A stretch of 64,000 nt of DNA from contig JBDHWW010000013.1 in NCBI GenBank assembly GCA_039810425.1, positions 11,250-75,249 of the forward strand. The letters are read 5' to 3'. Under the pieces are notes generated by a model. The model saw only the letters and a program-made list of their open reading frames with translations. It did not search any database and was not told where the DNA came from. The position numbers and the translations under genes were made by a program. The DNA comes from Pseudobdellovibrionaceae bacterium. Lineage in GTDB: Bacteria > Bdellovibrionota > Bdellovibrionia > Bdellovibrionales > Bdellovibrionaceae. Positions 10,663 through 19,274 of this stretch are shown here, one piece after another; within the stretch, counting starts at the first letter, position 1, and each line of letters opens with the position of its first letter.

Positions 10663-10989
10663 ATGGCAAATTCACATGACGACAGTCAGGGACATCATAT
10701 CACTCCGTTTGCGACCTATTTGAAAGTGGCGGGCGCGTTGTTCGCCCTTACTTTCTTGACGGTCATTGCTCACCACTTTAACCAACAGCTTGGCGCATTG
10801 GCGGCTCCGGTTGCGTTTTTGATCGCGACGGTAAAGGCAGTTTTGGTTATGCTGTGGTTTATGCATTTGAAATACGACAGCGTGATGAACCGTGTGATCT
10901 TCGGTGCAGGATTCTTCTTCTTGGCACTGTTGCTCGCGTTTAGCGGTTTAGATATTTGGACGCGTGTTATAGAGACCAGCACGTTGTAA
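10663..10989 (+). CDS. Cytochrome c oxidase subunit IV
   Basis: Three TM helices; 'KAVLVMLWFMHLKYD'. Confidence 0.9.
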   Translation: MANSHDDSQGHHITPFATYLKVAGALFALTFLTVIAHHFNQQLGALAAPVAFLIATVKAVLVMLWFMHLKYDSVMNRVIFGAGFFFLALLLAFSGLDIWTRVIETSTL

Positions 10990-10992
10990 TTT

Positions 10993-11871
10993 GTGCTTCG
11001 TATCTACGCGGACCTTACTAAGTTTGGCATAGTCATCTTCGTCCTTCTTTCTGGACTGGCTGGCTATGCCACCAGCTTTCAAATCGAAGCCGCGTTTGAC
11101 TGGCATCACTTTCTTAGATTCATTGCTGGTTTGTACTTCTTGAGCTCTGGCAGCTTGGCGCTAAACCAAGTACAAGAGTGGAAGCTTGATCAAAAAATGC
11201 CCCGCACATCGAAACGTCCTATTGCTGCTGGTAAAATAAAACCTATGGCGGCAGGTATTTTGGCGTTTGCTTTGCTTTTCGTGGGTGTGAACTGGTTGTT
11301 CGAGACTGCGCCGATGGCCGGGTGGGTGGGTTTATTCACGGTGATTTTCTATAACGTGGTCTACACGATGTACTTAAAACCGAGATGGATCTATGCTGCG
11401 GTTCCGGGGGCTTTGCCGGGGGCTTTGCCAGTGACGATCGGTTATGCGGCGCACTCTTCGGATATTTTCAATTCTGAATCTGTATATCTGTTCTTAATTA
11501 TGTTTTTGTGGCAGATGCCGCATTTTTGGACTTTGGCGATCAAGTTCAAAGATGATTATGCTAAGGGCGGTATTCCGGTTTTGCCGACGGCGTTAGGTAT
11601 GGAAACGACTTTGTTCCAAATCGGTTTGTACACGATCTTGTACGTGGCAGTGGCCTTGGCCTCGCCATGGTTTGTGCGTTCCAGCTGGATTTATCTTTTA
11701 GTCTGCTTACCGTTTGCCTTTAAGGTGATGCAGGAATTTGTTCGTTTTTACCGCTCGAAAGGCGCTGAGCGCTGGTTTGCGTTTTTTATGTGGACCAACA
11801 TCAGCATGCTGGTCTTCCTATTCGTCCCAGTAATAGACAAATGGAACTTCCTCTTCATCGGCCGTAACTAA
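10993..11871 (+). CDS. ctaB: Protoheme IX farnesyltransferase (heme O synthase)
   Basis: LNQVQEWKLDQKMPRTSKRP, WQMPHFW, DDYAKGGIPVLP. Confidence 0.92.
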   Translation: MLRIYADLTKFGIVIFVLLSGLAGYATSFQIEAAFDWHHFLRFIAGLYFLSSGSLALNQVQEWKLDQKMPRTSKRPIAAGKIKPMAAGILAFALLFVGVNWLFETAPMAGWVGLFTVIFYNVVYTMYLKPRWIYAAVPGALPGALPVTIGYAAHSSDIFNSESVYLFLIMFLWQMPHFWTLAIKFKDDYAKGGIPVLPTALGMETTLFQIGLYTILYVAVALASPWFVRSSWIYLLVCLPFAFKVMQEFVRFYRSKGAERWFAFFMWTNISMLVFLFVPVIDKWNFLFIGRN

Positions 11872-11929
11872 AAGGTACCAGGTCGCTTTTCTGAATTGAC
11901 TCCAGTATTTGTCCGGGGGTTCGGACAGC

Positions 11930-12589
11930 CTACTTGATTCGCATTTCCTCTGGGCAATCGGCCTGCCTGAAAGGGTGCGCCTTGGTGAAGGCCTCGATTT
12001 TCTGACAGTTCTTGAAGATTTTTGTGATTGTTGCGTATTTTTCGGTGTTGGTTTTGAAACGCTGGCAAGTAATGACCTGTGGAATGATGAAGATGTCGGC
12101 CATTGTGATTTGGTCACCGAAGCTGTAGGTACCGGAGAATTGTTCGAGGTTCTTTTCAAGAGCATCGAGTCCGCGATAGGCCCATTCTTGAAACCATTCT
12201 TCTTTTTGCTCTTGGGTATAACCCTTGGCTTTTTCTAAATAACTGAGAACTCTCAAATTTCCCATCGGGTGCATCGATGAGTTTACGATTTCACAGACTT
12301 GGCGGACGCGGGCGCGCGTGTAGTGATCTTTGGGCAGAAGGGCTGGGTTTGGGTAAAGCTCTTCAAGATACTCGATAATTGCGTAGGAGTCTGGAATGAC
12401 TTTTCCGTTGTGAACAAGTGAGGGAACCCCGCCGATGGGATTTAGTTTTTTGTATTCGGGACTTTGTTGTTCACCCTTCAAAAGGTTTACGGCCTGATAG
12501 TCATAGGTGAGGCCCTTTAAGTTCATTGCGATACGGGCGCGGAAAGACGTCGAGCTACGAAAATAGTTGTGTAAAATAAATTCTGCCAT
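11930..12589 (-). CDS. maiA: Maleylacetoacetate isomerase (GST zeta)
   Basis: LHNYFRSSTSFRARIA, NPIGGVPSL, AHPFRQADCP. Confidence 0.9.
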   Translation of the reverse strand: MAEFILHNYFRSSTSFRARIAMNLKGLTYDYQAVNLLKGEQQSPEYKKLNPIGGVPSLVHNGKVIPDSYAIIEYLEELYPNPALLPKDHYTRARVRQVCEIVNSSMHPMGNLRVLSYLEKAKGYTQEQKEEWFQEWAYRGLDALEKNLEQFSGTYSFGDQITMADIFIIPQVITCQRFKTNTEKYATITKIFKNCQKIEAFTKAHPFRQADCPEEMRIK

Positions 12590-12626
12590 AGTCTGATAAC
12601 ACTACTAGATATCCAGCGAGTCAAAG

Positions 12627-13382
12627 GTGATTGCGATGATGAATGCACTGAATAGATCCACTCAGATCTTTACAAAACTGATGTACGTCAATGGCTCAGT
12701 ACTGTTTTCCATGAGCTTGCAACGCTTCGTTTTATTCCTAATTGTGGTTCGTCATTGGCTTTTTGGTGCTGATGGACTGACAATTGCCATGGGTTTCATT
12801 AACGGGGCACGTTTTGATCTTTGTGTATTGGGTTTCCTCAATTTGCCGGTGCTTTTTATAGTCTGGATTCTTAGTACGGATAAGGTTACCAATAGCACGA
12901 GCAAGCTTGTTCAGCTCCTCCGCCGTTGGGTACTCTGGATTTACTTTGGCGTGACTACTCTGATTATCCATGCGTTGGGATTGTTTGATTTGATGTTCTT
13001 TACGGCGAATCGTCACCGTTGGACTTACTATGATTGGCAAGACAGCGGGCTTAGTTTCGTAGGAGAGGTCGCGTCCGGGTGGGGTGGGTTATTCACCTTT
13101 GGCGTTATTATGCTATTCATTGTGCTGTGGCTTTTTCGCAGCATCTTTACTTTGTATAAGGTTCAGCTCAATTCCGTGTCGCTCGGGAAGTTGAAGGCCA
13201 ACGAGTCAAAAGCTGCTTTGGTCGCGACGGGCTTCCTCCTTCCGCTTTTTATTACAGCTCTGGCGGCTCGGGGTACTTGGACTGCGCATCATATTAACAT
13301 CGAGCATTCTGAAATTAGCGGCGTCCAAGCCCTGAACCAAATGACATTAAGCCCGGTATGGGCCTTTGATAAAAAGTTTTAA
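12627..13382 (+). CDS. Membrane protein resembling the N-terminal domain of the LTA-synthase family, without a sulfatase domain
   Basis: Five TM segments; GARFDL and 'RG...LNQMTLSP' motifs; stops before any catalytic domain. Confidence 0.55.
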   Translation: MIAMMNALNRSTQIFTKLMYVNGSVLFSMSLQRFVLFLIVVRHWLFGADGLTIAMGFINGARFDLCVLGFLNLPVLFIVWILSTDKVTNSTSKLVQLLRRWVLWIYFGVTTLIIHALGLFDLMFFTANRHRWTYYDWQDSGLSFVGEVASGWGGLFTFGVIMLFIVLWLFRSIFTLYKVQLNSVSLGKLKANESKAALVATGFLLPLFITALAARGTWTAHHINIEHSEISGVQALNQMTLSPVWAFDKKF

Positions 13383-13444
13383 ATTCATTCAAGTTATGAA
13401 AGAATGGGTCTCAAGCGCTCCCTATTGGAGCAGAAGAGGTATCT

Positions 13445-13999
13445 ATGTTTCAGAAACTCGCAGTTTTTACAACAGCATTAGTGGCTCTTGTTTCTTTGAA
13501 TGCATCCGCGCAATTCATGGGGGTCGAGTTAGGTGTTCGCCAGCAATCTGCCGACGCCGTGGCCGCCGGTGTTTCAACGAGCACTGAAATGGCTTACCAG
13601 TTTGGTTTGGTGGGCGCATTCCCTATGACTGAAACGTTCTTGTTCCGCTCCGGTTTCTTGTACACCCAAAGACCAGTGACTGCGAAGTCAGGAACTCCAT
13701 CAGTCGCTAGAAAGTTCACTTACAACTATTTTGATATTCCACTCACGTTCCTTTGGAAGATGAATGACTTCGGGGGAGTTTACGGTGGTGTCAACGTCGC
13801 ATTGGCGGCATCGGCTGACTGTGATAACTGCGGAACTTCACCTGCTAAGAAGGGAGCGATGCCCGTGGTAATCGGGGGCTCCTTCAAGTTCGCTCCGAAT
13901 TTCGGTGTTGATGTTTACTACGAAGCCATCGGTAAAATCGGTGAAGACTTCGAAAAAGGTTCCGCGGTGGGTGCGAACCTTTTGATTACTTTTGACTAA
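13445..13999 (+). CDS. Small outer membrane beta-barrel protein
   Basis: Signal peptide; amphipathic strands (YFDIPLTF); ends LLITFD. Confidence 0.7.
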   Translation: MFQKLAVFTTALVALVSLNASAQFMGVELGVRQQSADAVAAGVSTSTEMAYQFGLVGAFPMTETFLFRSGFLYTQRPVTAKSGTPSVARKFTYNYFDIPLTFLWKMNDFGGVYGGVNVALAASADCDNCGTSPAKKGAMPVVIGGSFKFAPNFGVDVYYEAIGKIGEDFEKGSAVGANLLITFD

Positions 14000-14009
14000 G
14001 GACGAGCGC

Positions 14010-14996
14010 ATGAAGTTGGGTTCTCTAAAATCCACGAAATCTCTTGATGGGGAACTGGTTGTTGTCAGTCGTGACAACAAGAAGGCTGTTAAGGTCCCTC
14101 AAATTGCTCCTTCGCTGCGTGAGGCCGTTGAAAAATGGTCTCAGGTAGAAGCGGACCTGCAACGAGTTTCTGATGAACTCAATGCGGGTAAAACCACGGG
14201 TGCCTTTGACGTGAAAGAGTCGGATTTCCATTCGGCTCTTCCACGCACTTGGCTCTTTGCAGATGGTTCGGCGTTCATTCATCACATTAAACTCGTGCGC
14301 ATGGCCCGTAAGGCGGAGTTGCCGGAAACGTTGTCGACAGTTCCCTTGATGTACCAAGGGGAGTGCGGCGGCTTTCTTGCTCCGACAGAAGACATTCCGC
14401 AGGTGGATTTCTCGCACGGAACGGATTTCGAGGGTGAGGTCGGGGTGATCACGGACTTCGTTCCGATGAGCATTCCTCCTGAAGAAGCCTTAAAGAAAAT
14501 CCGCCTGTTTGTGTTGATCAATGATGTGTCTTTGCGCGGGTTGATTCCTGAGGAGTTGGCGCAAGGCTTTGGTTTTTTCCAAAGTAAGCCGGCGTCCGCA
14601 CTGTCTCCGTTTGCGGTGACGGCGGATGAGTTGGGCGAGGCTTGGCAAGGTGGCCGGATTCACCTGCCACTCGAAGTGAACTACAATGGCGCGTTCTTCG
14701 GTAAAGCGAATGCGAAAGACATGTTCTTTCATTTCGGTCAGCTGATTGCCCACGCGGCGAAGACGCGTAATTTGGCAGCGGGTTCTGTGATCGGAAGTGG
14801 CACTGTTTCTAACGAAGATATGGCGATGGGTTCTAGCTGTTTGGCTGAGAAGCGCACGCTTGAGAAAATTCACGAGGGTAAAATTTCAACTCCGTTTATG
14901 AAAGACGGGGATACTGTTGAAATGAAAATGAAGAATGCTCAAGGCGAAAATATCTTTGGAACGATCTTCCAAAAAGTTCGTGCAACCAAGAAGTAA
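14010..14996 (+). CDS. Fumarylacetoacetate hydrolase family protein
   Basis: DFEGE, LINDVSLR, GFFQSKP, IGSGTVSN. Confidence 0.9.
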   Translation: MKLGSLKSTKSLDGELVVVSRDNKKAVKVPQIAPSLREAVEKWSQVEADLQRVSDELNAGKTTGAFDVKESDFHSALPRTWLFADGSAFIHHIKLVRMARKAELPETLSTVPLMYQGECGGFLAPTEDIPQVDFSHGTDFEGEVGVITDFVPMSIPPEEALKKIRLFVLINDVSLRGLIPEELAQGFGFFQSKPASALSPFAVTADELGEAWQGGRIHLPLEVNYNGAFFGKANAKDMFFHFGQLIAHAAKTRNLAAGSVIGSGTVSNEDMAMGSSCLAEKRTLEKIHEGKISTPFMKDGDTVEMKMKNAQGENIFGTIFQKVRATKK

Positions 14997-15123
14997 GTTT
15001 TAAAATCATTGAGAAAGAAAAGCTCCGCGGATGCGAAGGGTGCTCCAGACCTCGATTCACAGGATAAAGGAAGGCCGGCGGAGCCAGCTCTCCCTTATCA
15101 ACATTTAAAGGGGCCGGTTTTTA

Positions 15124-15690
15124 TTATTTAAGAGATTCAATCACGCCGCAAGCCCAACGGCCGCCTGCATTTCCAGTAGGAGCGGTTTTCATATCGTCCG
15201 CCTTTTCGTGGATGATAACTGCTTTACCAACGAGGCCTTCTGGACCTCCCAGAGAAGCGTCAGTCAACTCGAGAGTGAGTTTTGCTTTGCCTTTAGAGTC
15301 TGCAATGATGTTACCCATGTCGCCGGCATGCTTTTCAGCCGCACTTGGCGCACCATGAGCTTTGTGGCCCGGATTGAAGTGGCCACCTGCTGAAGCGAAA
15401 TCTTTAGCGCTGCAATCGCCAGTTTCATGAATATGAAAGCCATGAGGGCCTGGTTTCAAACCTTCGATATTGGCTTCAACTTTCACATTGGAGCCTTCTT
15501 GAGTGAAGTGGATAACGCCTTTCACTTTTTGTTTTTTCACAGGCTTCATTGTTGCCTGAGCAGCGGACGGTCCTGGTTCCGGAGTCGGAGCAGGGGTTGT
15601 TGCAGGAGTTACGGGTTGAATTTTTTCTTTGCTGGCACAAGCGACGCAAAGGGCTACTGTGACGATGGATATGTATAAAAAGTTTTTCAT
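15124..15690 (-). CDS. sodC: Cu/Zn superoxide dismutase (lipoprotein)
   Basis: HGFHIH, GGHFNP, HAGDMGN, IIHEKADD, GNAGGRWACGVI. Confidence 0.95.
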   Translation of the reverse strand: MKNFLYISIVTVALCVACASKEKIQPVTPATTPAPTPEPGPSAAQATMKPVKKQKVKGVIHFTQEGSNVKVEANIEGLKPGPHGFHIHETGDCSAKDFASAGGHFNPGHKAHGAPSAAEKHAGDMGNIIADSKGKAKLTLELTDASLGGPEGLVGKAVIIHEKADDMKTAPTGNAGGRWACGVIESLK

Positions 15691-15738
15691 GGATGAAACG
15701 CTAGTACATTTACGTATCAAGCACAAGTGACATTCACA

Positions 15739-16146
15739 CTACAACGTGTAATGAAACTGCATTGGCAATTCCATATCCGGATGCAGGCTCTTTTTCACCG
15801 GGCAGGTTGCCGCCGTGTTTTCCAGTTTTTTCCTATAAGGGCTCTCGATATTTTTCGGCATGAATACATTGATTGTGAGTTTGCCGATGCGACGTGGATT
15901 CAAAACCATTTCTTTTTCAACCGAGGCGTAAGAACCTCTGAGGCTCACCCCATCTTTTTCGGCGACGATGGCCATCACAGTCAGAATGCAACTGGCGGTA
16001 GCGGCTGCCACAAGGTCCGTGGGAGAGAACAACTCGCCTCGACCATTGTTGTCTTTTGGCGCGTCTGTAGAGATTGTAGATTGAGAAGGACCATGTTCGA
16101 TTTCACAGTGTTTGTCGCCTTCGTACTTTGCAATCACCTTTACCAT
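15739..16146 (-). CDS. OsmC family protein
   Basis: TDAPKDNNGRG, SPTDL...ASC, TCPVKKSL. Confidence 0.9.
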   Translation of the reverse strand: MVKVIAKYEGDKHCEIEHGPSQSTISTDAPKDNNGRGELFSPTDLVAAATASCILTVMAIVAEKDGVSLRGSYASVEKEMVLNPRRIGKLTINVFMPKNIESPYRKKLENTAATCPVKKSLHPDMELPMQFHYTL

Positions 16147-16243
16147 AAGAGCTCCTTGAATATAGGCGGTTCACGACTTTTGCTGAGTCTAGCTGGTCTT
16201 TACATGATTCACAAGACTCCATCATCATAAGAATACGGGATAA

Positions 16244-17467
16244 TTGGGGAAGTCTGTGAAGAAGCTGCAGAAAATATCGCGTCAAAGCCGGGCTGTTTTA
16301 CTTGCGCATCCATTTTTGGTGGCGACCATTTTTTTCCTGACTATTTGGCTCGGTAACGCGTACATCGTGTACCTCTGTGAGCAAGGTGTTCCAGGCTCAA
16401 ACATTACCAGCTATACAGATTCGCTGTGGTGGGAAATCGTCACAATGCTGACTGTTGGTTACGGAGATCGCTATCCCATCACTCAATGGGGTCGTTTTGC
16501 GGGCTCGATCAGTATGTTTTCCGGTGTCGCGGCAACGGCCATCATCACTGCGAAAATTTCTTCGGTATTTTTAGAAATGGCACTCAGAGACAGGAGGGGA
16601 CTCGTGGATAGCGATGCTCTCAATAACCACTACATTATCTGCGGTTGGAAAAACGAAATGCACAGTCTTTTGACTCACATCCTGGATTCAAATCCCGGAC
16701 TGCCGGCTTCAAAGATTGTTCTCGTGAATAATGTGGCGGACCCGGAAATCGAAGCGCTGCATGAGTTTCCGAAATTGAAAAATATCAAAATTATTCACGG
16801 GGAGTTTTTTTCTGCTGACGTGCTAAAGCGTGCAGCGCCTGAGAAAGCCCAGAAGGTTTTGATTCTGGCGGATGCGGCTCCAAATGCGCGCGGTGGGATT
16901 CCGACCGTGACGGAAGCCGACGCCCGCACGATCATGACGGCCATGTCTTTGAATAATATCGCAAAGGGCGTGCCCGTGGCAGCGGAGATTCTCGATGCCG
17001 ATATGGCGCAGTACTTGAAGTTGGCGCATGTGCATGAAATTATTTATAGCCGTGACTATTCGCGCTTGCTGCTGGCGATGGCTTCAACCGGCACGGGGCT
17101 AACAAATATTTTTCATGACCTTTTGAATCCTCAGGGCGGCTTTTCTTTAGGCACACGGGAGTTGCCTGAAGAGGCCATGAATCAATCCTATGGAAAATTG
17201 CGTGAGATCTTTGAAGCCAAACATCCCGAGATGACCTTGCTTGGTGTTCTGGAAAATTCCGGGAACGGTCACAAGGCGAAAGAGTTGGCTTTACGTAAAG
17301 CACAGCTAACCCCTAATGTGACTCAACTTGTAAAAAACTTGCAAGGAGTGAAAGATCTTCGTTTTAACCGTCCGGTGTTTTCGCCGAAGGATGACTATGT
17401 GATTGGCGAAGGTGCTATGGCAATCGTTATTCGTAGCCGAGGTAACAATGAATCCATCGGCGTCTAA
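16244..17467 (+). CDS. Two-TM potassium channel with RCK/TrkA domain
   Basis: Selectivity filter TVGYGD; 'HYIICGW' RCK start; DARTI. Confidence 0.88.
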   Translation: MGKSVKKLQKISRQSRAVLLAHPFLVATIFFLTIWLGNAYIVYLCEQGVPGSNITSYTDSLWWEIVTMLTVGYGDRYPITQWGRFAGSISMFSGVAATAIITAKISSVFLEMALRDRRGLVDSDALNNHYIICGWKNEMHSLLTHILDSNPGLPASKIVLVNNVADPEIEALHEFPKLKNIKIIHGEFFSADVLKRAAPEKAQKVLILADAAPNARGGIPTVTEADARTIMTAMSLNNIAKGVPVAAEILDADMAQYLKLAHVHEIIYSRDYSRLLLAMASTGTGLTNIFHDLLNPQGGFSLGTRELPEEAMNQSYGKLREIFEAKHPEMTLLGVLENSGNGHKAKELALRKAQLTPNVTQLVKNLQGVKDLRFNRPVFSPKDDYVIGEGAMAIVIRSRGNNESIGV

Positions 17468-17957
17468 GAGTCCGTCCCGCCACGTTTTGGCGCAGGTAAT
17501 TTTGTTTCAAGATATCAAGCATCTGCCGGAGGCCTTGAATGGTTTTGAGCGCATTATGAAGCCGGTTCGGTTTGCAAAAGGCCACATTCTGATTCGGCAA
17601 GGCGATGCGGGTCATGAGTTCTTTGTGTTACTCCGAGGACAGGTCAGCATCGAGAAGGTGACGACAGAAGGTGACTGCTATAAGGTGGCCGTTCTGAATG
17701 GCGATCATCACGCGGCTTTTGGTGAAGGTGGCTTGATCGAGGGCGAGGCCCGGTCGGCAACGGTTACTTGTGATTCCGAAGTTGAATGTTTAGTACTTCA
17801 CCGTGACGAGTTCAACCAGTTCGCGGTGGAGCAACCGCATTTTGCAGTACCGGTTTTAAAACGCATTGCTCTGATTTTGATGAATCGTCTGAATCAAACG
17901 AGCAACGATCTGATGTTGTTGCATAAAGCCCTCATGAGCGAGATCCGCTCGAGTTAA
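17448..17957 (+). CDS. Stand-alone cyclic-nucleotide-binding domain protein
   Basis: LIRQGDAG and FGEGGLIEGEARSATV cassette; no HTH. Confidence 0.85.
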   Translation: MNPSASKSPSRHVLAQVILFQDIKHLPEALNGFERIMKPVRFAKGHILIRQGDAGHEFFVLLRGQVSIEKVTTEGDCYKVAVLNGDHHAAFGEGGLIEGEARSATVTCDSEVECLVLHRDEFNQFAVEQPHFAVPVLKRIALILMNRLNQTSNDLMLLHKALMSEIRSS

Positions 17958-18084
17958 TCTTTACCAGCCGGCGCGGTTATGGTGATCTTCGTCAGCATTG
18001 GCTCAATCTCCATTTGAGTCTTCTGAAAATCTCCTGTCGTCTAAGGGGCGGAAAAACTGAGTTTCCCTTCATAGAGGAGTATCC

Positions 18085-19254
18085 ATGAGTACATCTTTCT
18101 GGCTGGATCGGACTTCGACCACCGCGAAGAAGAATTATGACGTCGTTATCGTGGGTGCGGGGATTTCGGGTTTGTCCACGGCCTTTTGGCTGAATAAAGA
18201 AGATCCTTCGCTCAGGATTGCCATCATAGAACGCTCTCGATTGGGGTTCGGCGCCAGCGGAAGAAACGCGGGCTTCATTACTTGCGGCTCCGTGGAGCAC
18301 TTTAACCGAATGATTCAGAAACATGGACGTGAGAGAGCCATCGAGATCTGGCGTTTTGCCGAAGAGAATCAACGGCTTTTAAAAGAAGAAGTTATCCACG
18401 ACGAAGCGGGGCATCTTGAATACGAACGAAACGGCGCCTTCTCGTTGGCCGCTCAAGAGAATGAGTACGAAGAACTTAAATCCGTCGCCGATATTATGGG
18501 TGGGATCGGCATTCCAACAGAGTGCCTGGACGGGGACCAAATTTACAACCAAGTCGGCGCGGTGAGTTTTGTCGGCGGAATCAGATACCTTGGCGATGCT
18601 TCGGTAAATCCTGTTAAATTATTAAGACGGCTTAGCTTGTTGGTCAAGGCGGACATTTTTGAGGGAGTGGAGGCTTATCAGATTGAGAGGCCTTCGTCCG
18701 GCTCCAGAATTCTTAAAACCGATCATGGAGATTTTGAAGCGCCCCTCTTGGCGCTGAATCTCAATGGGTATTCATCTCTTTTACATCCGTGGTTCAAAGA
18801 TAAAATTTATCCTACCCGAGCACAGTGCTTGATGATGGAAGCGGTCCCTCACTTTATGAAGGGACCCTGTTATGCTAATTTTTATTTGGACTACTTTCGG
18901 CAAATTCCCACGGGAGAGCTTTTAATCGGCGGCTTTCGGCAAATAGAAAAGGATATCGAAGTCGGTTACTCCGATCATGTTACGGATCCTATTCAATCTG
19001 CACTTCATCATTTTGTACGGACTCACTTACCTCAATTCAAAGAAGCCCGGGTGACGCACCGGTGGTCTGGGGTCATGGGATTTTCCGCGGATGGAGAGCC
19101 CATGGTGGGAGCGCTTCCCGAAGATCCTCAGATTTTCTTTGCCGGAGGATATACAGGCCATGGCATGGGCATGGCTTTCCACACTGGGAAGAGACTGGTG
19201 GATGTCGTATTTGGCCGAGAAATTCCTCCGTGGTTGTCGGCGCGCCGCTTCTGA
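18085..19254 (+). CDS. FAD-dependent oxidoreductase (DAO/PuuB family)
   Basis: VGAGISG, GASGRNAG, GGYTGHGM. Confidence 0.88.
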   Translation: MSTSFWLDRTSTTAKKNYDVVIVGAGISGLSTAFWLNKEDPSLRIAIIERSRLGFGASGRNAGFITCGSVEHFNRMIQKHGRERAIEIWRFAEENQRLLKEEVIHDEAGHLEYERNGAFSLAAQENEYEELKSVADIMGGIGIPTECLDGDQIYNQVGAVSFVGGIRYLGDASVNPVKLLRRLSLLVKADIFEGVEAYQIERPSSGSRILKTDHGDFEAPLLALNLNGYSSLLHPWFKDKIYPTRAQCLMMEAVPHFMKGPCYANFYLDYFRQIPTGELLIGGFRQIEKDIEVGYSDHVTDPIQSALHHFVRTHLPQFKEARVTHRWSGVMGFSADGEPMVGALPEDPQIFFAGGYTGHGMGMAFHTGKRLVDVVFGREIPPWLSARRF

Positions 19255-19274
19255 GGACTTTGATTTCTTAAGGC

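Noticed and set aside
11401..11430. Tandem CCGGGGGCTTTG repeat inside ctaB
   Set aside because: Encodes the conserved GAxPGAxP motif of heme O synthases.
15020..15095. Resemblance (GATGCGAAG...GCCAGCT) to 54825-54865, suggesting a dispersed repeat
   Set aside because: Only short words match and spacing differs; consistent with chance.
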